A stretch of DNA of 248,000 nucleotides from Andalucia godoyi And28 (taxonomy: Eukaryota; Protista; Jakobida). The notes beneath the pieces were generated by a model. It was not told where the DNA came from and made no database searches. It saw only the letters and a list, made by a program, of their open reading frames with translations. The position numbers and the translations under genes were made by a program. Below, piece by piece: positions 245,026 through 248,000 of this stretch. The stretch is from positions 20,001 to 268,000 of the forward strand of contig VRVR01000021.1 of NCBI GenBank assembly GCA_009859145.1. The letters are read 5' to 3'. The stretch's first letter is position 1. Each line of letters begins with the position of its first letter.

Positions 245026-245322
245026 TGTCCAACCTATCCCGGATGACGATTTTTAAATTCCAAAAAAAATTATATATATAAAAACAACGACGAACAATTC
245101 ACAAAAGCCAAAAACAAACCTCCAATATATATATATATATATAGTGTGTGTGTGTATGTTATTAATTTTTTTATAAATCGATTACTAAACAATTAGAACA
245201 AAAAAAATAGAGGTGGCGCCACCTGCGAGCTTTTTGCAAGCTCTTTGACCTGTGAAGTTGATTGATAATTGCGCAATGCTTTTTGTTCTGCGGGAAAAGC
245301 CCTACGCAGACGGATGTTCGAT

Positions 245323-245441
245323 AGGTACGGCCATACTAGAGTGAAAATACCGCATCCCGTCCGATTTGCGAAGTCAAGTGCTCTCAGGCTGGAGTAGTAC
245401 TGAGGTGGGTGACCACTCGGGAATTCCCAGTGCTGTACTTT
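245323..245441 (+). rRNA. rrn5: 5S rRNA
   Basis: TACGGCCATAC...CATCCCGTCCGAT...GAAGTCAAG...AGTACT..GTGGGTGACC..CGGGAA...GTGCTGTA followed by a T-run. Confidence 0.96.
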
Positions 245442-245562
245442 TTGCGACTTTTTTGCTCTCTCTCTTTAATCATTATCTTTTTTATATTTTGATGTTTTGA
245501 ATTTTATTTTCTGGTTTTTCCCTCCGTTTCACCAAAAAATGAAAGGAAGAGGGGGGTTTTAT

Positions 245563-245569
245563 AAAAAAA
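245563..245569 (-). terminator. Pol III oligo-T terminator of the tRNA
   Basis: T7 on the minus strand, 4 nt after the discriminator base. Confidence 0.7.
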
Positions 245570-245573
245570 TTTC

Positions 245574-245647
245574 TGGACGAGAGGGGAATCGAACCCCTGA
245601 CCTCTCGCATGCCATGCGAGCGCTGCTACCAGCTGAGCTACACGCCC
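245574..245647 (-). tRNA. trnA(GGC): tRNA-Ala, anticodon GGC
   Basis: GGGCGTG TA GCTCAGCTGGTAGCAGC G CTCGC ATGGCAT GCGAG AGGTC AGGGG TTCGATT CCCCT CTCGTCC A; G3:U70 Ala identity pair. Confidence 0.88.
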
Positions 245648-245915
245648 AAGATTCGAAAACTTGCGACCAGCTTGCCTTGAGGCTGGACTGGCTGTGCCTA
245701 AATAAATCGGACAACATCTTTGATTGGAAATTGGCATGTGATTTCCCCCGACCTTTCCGTTTCAAGAAGTCTTGAATCGATCAAGGATTCGCTGCAAAGA
245801 ACGTTCTTTCATTCGAACAACACTGGATATTTTTTCTTTTTCTTAAATTCGTTGTTAGGTAGGTTTCATCATACTGCGCCAATTCCGCCGGTTGTTTACA
245901 GATCGTCAATTTTGG

Positions 245916-248000
245916 ATGACTGGTTTTTCTCGTCTGTCTGATCAAGAAGATACGGGGGATGGCTGTGCAAACAATGCAGTGTCTGTGACGGATGGACCTC
246001 GCGTAGCAGACCCGACAAGGGAGCTGCCGCGGACGTCGGAGGCAAGGAGCAAAAGACTGGTTCGCGTGTCTACTCGAATCGCCATTGCTTGCCTGTTGAT
246101 TCTCGCAATTGTTGGATTGTCGTTTGCAGTGTTTGGTACTTCTGCTCAAAAGGAGGATGGGTCTTCCGTCTCAGAAGAAGACGACCGATCGACACTGTTG
246201 CCGTTGGTTGTGGAGAATGGGGCCGTTGCATCAGATTCTGCAGAGTGCTCTGCTATGGGATCACAGATTCTCCAAAAGGGTGGAAATGCTATGGACGCGG
246301 CTGTGACAACTGCTCTGTGTCTTGGACTGCATCAACCGTTTGCGTCTGGAATTGGCGGCGGCGGATATTTGATGTATCATCCTGCTGACGCATATTCTCT
246401 TTCCACTCAGGGTCGGGAAGATTTGCGTGAAAACAGCGTGGATCCGAAAGAAAGTGTTGTGTATGATTTCCGAGAGGTGGCTCCTGGTGCATGCACTCCA
246501 ACTATGTACATTGACGAGGATCCGGTCACAAGGACTGTTCCGTCTTCCGTGGAAGGAGGCAAGGCGATTTCGGTTCCTGGGGAGCTTGCAGGATTGTACC
246601 TTGCACATTCCGAACATGGGAGGCTTCCGTGGTATGATCTTGTCGAGCCCGTTGCTTCTTTGGCAGTCAACGGATATCGTGTGAACAAGCTGCTTGCGAT
246701 TCGGCTTCGGCAAGCAAGAGAAAAGATTATGAGGCATCCGTTGCTGGCGAATACGTATTGGAATAACGTCACAAACGATTTTGTAGAGGAAGGCTATCTT
246801 CACCGGCGTGTCGAATACGGCGAGACGCTGTTCAAGATTGCGAGGCATGGAGCGAGTGTGCTGTACGACGCAGGCGCTCCCGAGTCTGTAGCCAATACGT
246901 TGGTCGAAGACATCACTGGCAGCGATCACGCCATATTGACTGTCGATGATTTGAAGGAGTACAGCGTCGTCAAGCGAAAACCGCTGCGAGTGTGGTATCG
247001 GGGACTAGAGGTGTTGAATACTCCGCCGTCTTCTTCGGGTGGAGCTGCAATTGCGTTAGCACTGAATATTTTAGAGCGGTACTCCATGAGTGATTTGTAT
247101 GGATTTTTATCAAAGGAAGACGCTAATTTTAACTCCAAGAACGTGCGGCTCGGGAAAACGCCCTCTGATGATGATTTTGGGATGAGTGAACATGTCATGG
247201 TAGAGGCATTCAAGCATGCGTTCGCCCATCGCATGCTGCTGGGGGATCCTGCTTTTGTGAACCTGAATCTCACTTTGGAGGCTGCGCAGTCAAAGGAAGT
247301 GGCGGCTTGGACCAGGAGTGTCGGAGTCCATCTCAATCAAACACTGCTGGATCCGGAGACGTACTTGGATGTCCGCGACCTTGTGCTGCAGTATCTCAAG
247401 CTGGAAGACGAATCGAAACAGCAAACTGCTGCGGATGCAGGTGGTGTGCAAATGCCCCCTACGCTTGATGGGCTACAAGTTGGGTCTGCCGAGTTTGACG
247501 AATTGTCCCGGGCCTTGCGGTTTGAGAGGCAGTCGAGACAGCGAGGAGGATACGTGACCTCTAATGCTGGCACATCTCATTTTTCCATCGTTGACAAGGA
247601 CCGCAATGCAGTTGCCATGACGACGACTGTGAATCACTCGTTCGGTTCCAAGGTAGTTTCTGCTCGTACTGGCGTTGTGCTCAACAACCAGCAGGATGAT
247701 TTCTCAACCAAGAACGAGTCAAACGCATTTGGACTGCGGCCGTCGATTGCCAACTGGGTTGCCCCGAAAAAGCGCCCGCTGTCGAGCATGTCCCCAACAA
247801 TTGCTTTGAAAGATGGGAAACCGTACATTGTCGTGGGGGCCTCCGGCGGGCCGACGATCATCACGGCTGTTGTGCAGACGCTGTTGCTCATCGTGGATCG
247901 TGGCTACAACGCAAAGGAGGCTGTTGAGTCTCGGAGATTGCATCACCAATTGTTTCCCAATATGGTAACTGTGGAGAAATGGTTCCCGAACAAGCTGCAA
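245916..248000 (+). CDS. GGT: Gamma-glutamyl transpeptidase; open at the window end
   Basis: Not in the ORF track. My translation gives an N-terminal TM helix, GAVASDSAECS, GGNAMDAAV, SGIGGG, YDFREVAP, PPSSSGG, TSHFSIVD and PLSSMSP. Confidence 0.93.
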   Translation, partial: MTGFSRLSDQEDTGDGCANNAVSVTDGPRVADPTRELPRTSEARSKRLVRVSTRIAIACLLILAIVGLSFAVFGTSAQKEDGSSVSEEDDRSTLLPLVVENGAVASDSAECSAMGSQILQKGGNAMDAAVTTALCLGLHQPFASGIGGGGYLMYHPADAYSLSTQGREDLRENSVDPKESVVYDFREVAPGACTPTMYIDEDPVTRTVPSSVEGGKAISVPGELAGLYLAHSEHGRLPWYDLVEPVASLAVNGYRVNKLLAIRLRQAREKIMRHPLLANTYWNNVTNDFVEEGYLHRRVEYGETLFKIARHGASVLYDAGAPESVANTLVEDITGSDHAILTVDDLKEYSVVKRKPLRVWYRGLEVLNTPPSSSGGAAIALALNILERYSMSDLYGFLSKEDANFNSKNVRLGKTPSDDDFGMSEHVMVEAFKHAFAHRMLLGDPAFVNLNLTLEAAQSKEVAAWTRSVGVHLNQTLLDPETYLDVRDLVLQYLKLEDESKQQTAADAGGVQMPPTLDGLQVGSAEFDELSRALRFERQSRQRGGYVTSNAGTSHFSIVDKDRNAVAMTTTVNHSFGSKVVSARTGVVLNNQQDDFSTKNESNAFGLRPSIANWVAPKKRPLSSMSPTIALKDGKPYIVVGASGGPTIITAVVQTLLLIVDRGYNAKEAVESRRLHHQLFPNMVTVEKWFPNKLQ

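Overview
A gene-dense, intron-poor nuclear segment of a flagellated, free-living protist. It has about 115 protein genes, short GT-AG introns, many microsatellites, and axonemal (centrin, RIB72/EFHC, ODF3/STPG), mitochondrial (EF-G, Era, Qri7, IBA57, Mdm10-like, Pam16) and peroxisomal (PEX2) genes. A jakobid-like organism is my inference and is not verified. There is no CRISPR array and no intact transposase. Main points of interest: (1) a tRNA-Ala with a eukaryotic-looking body but a GGC anticodon and an A32-U38 pair, a combination known from bacteria, sitting tail-to-tail with a lone 5S rRNA gene; (2) about 20 copies of four short dispersed repeat modules (A-D) that join in both orders, with module D mostly co-oriented just downstream of stop codons; (3) a Chlamydia-type TGT, a Thg1-like 3'-5' polymerase domain fused to a long N-terminus, and several intronless bacterial-type genes; (4) Zn2Cys6-PAS transcription factor paralogues, a multivalent TQT (LC8-motif) array protein, and orphan MG-start disordered proteins with RVxF motifs. 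Gene names come from motif recognition by eye. Repeat boundaries are approximate (about +/-15 bp).
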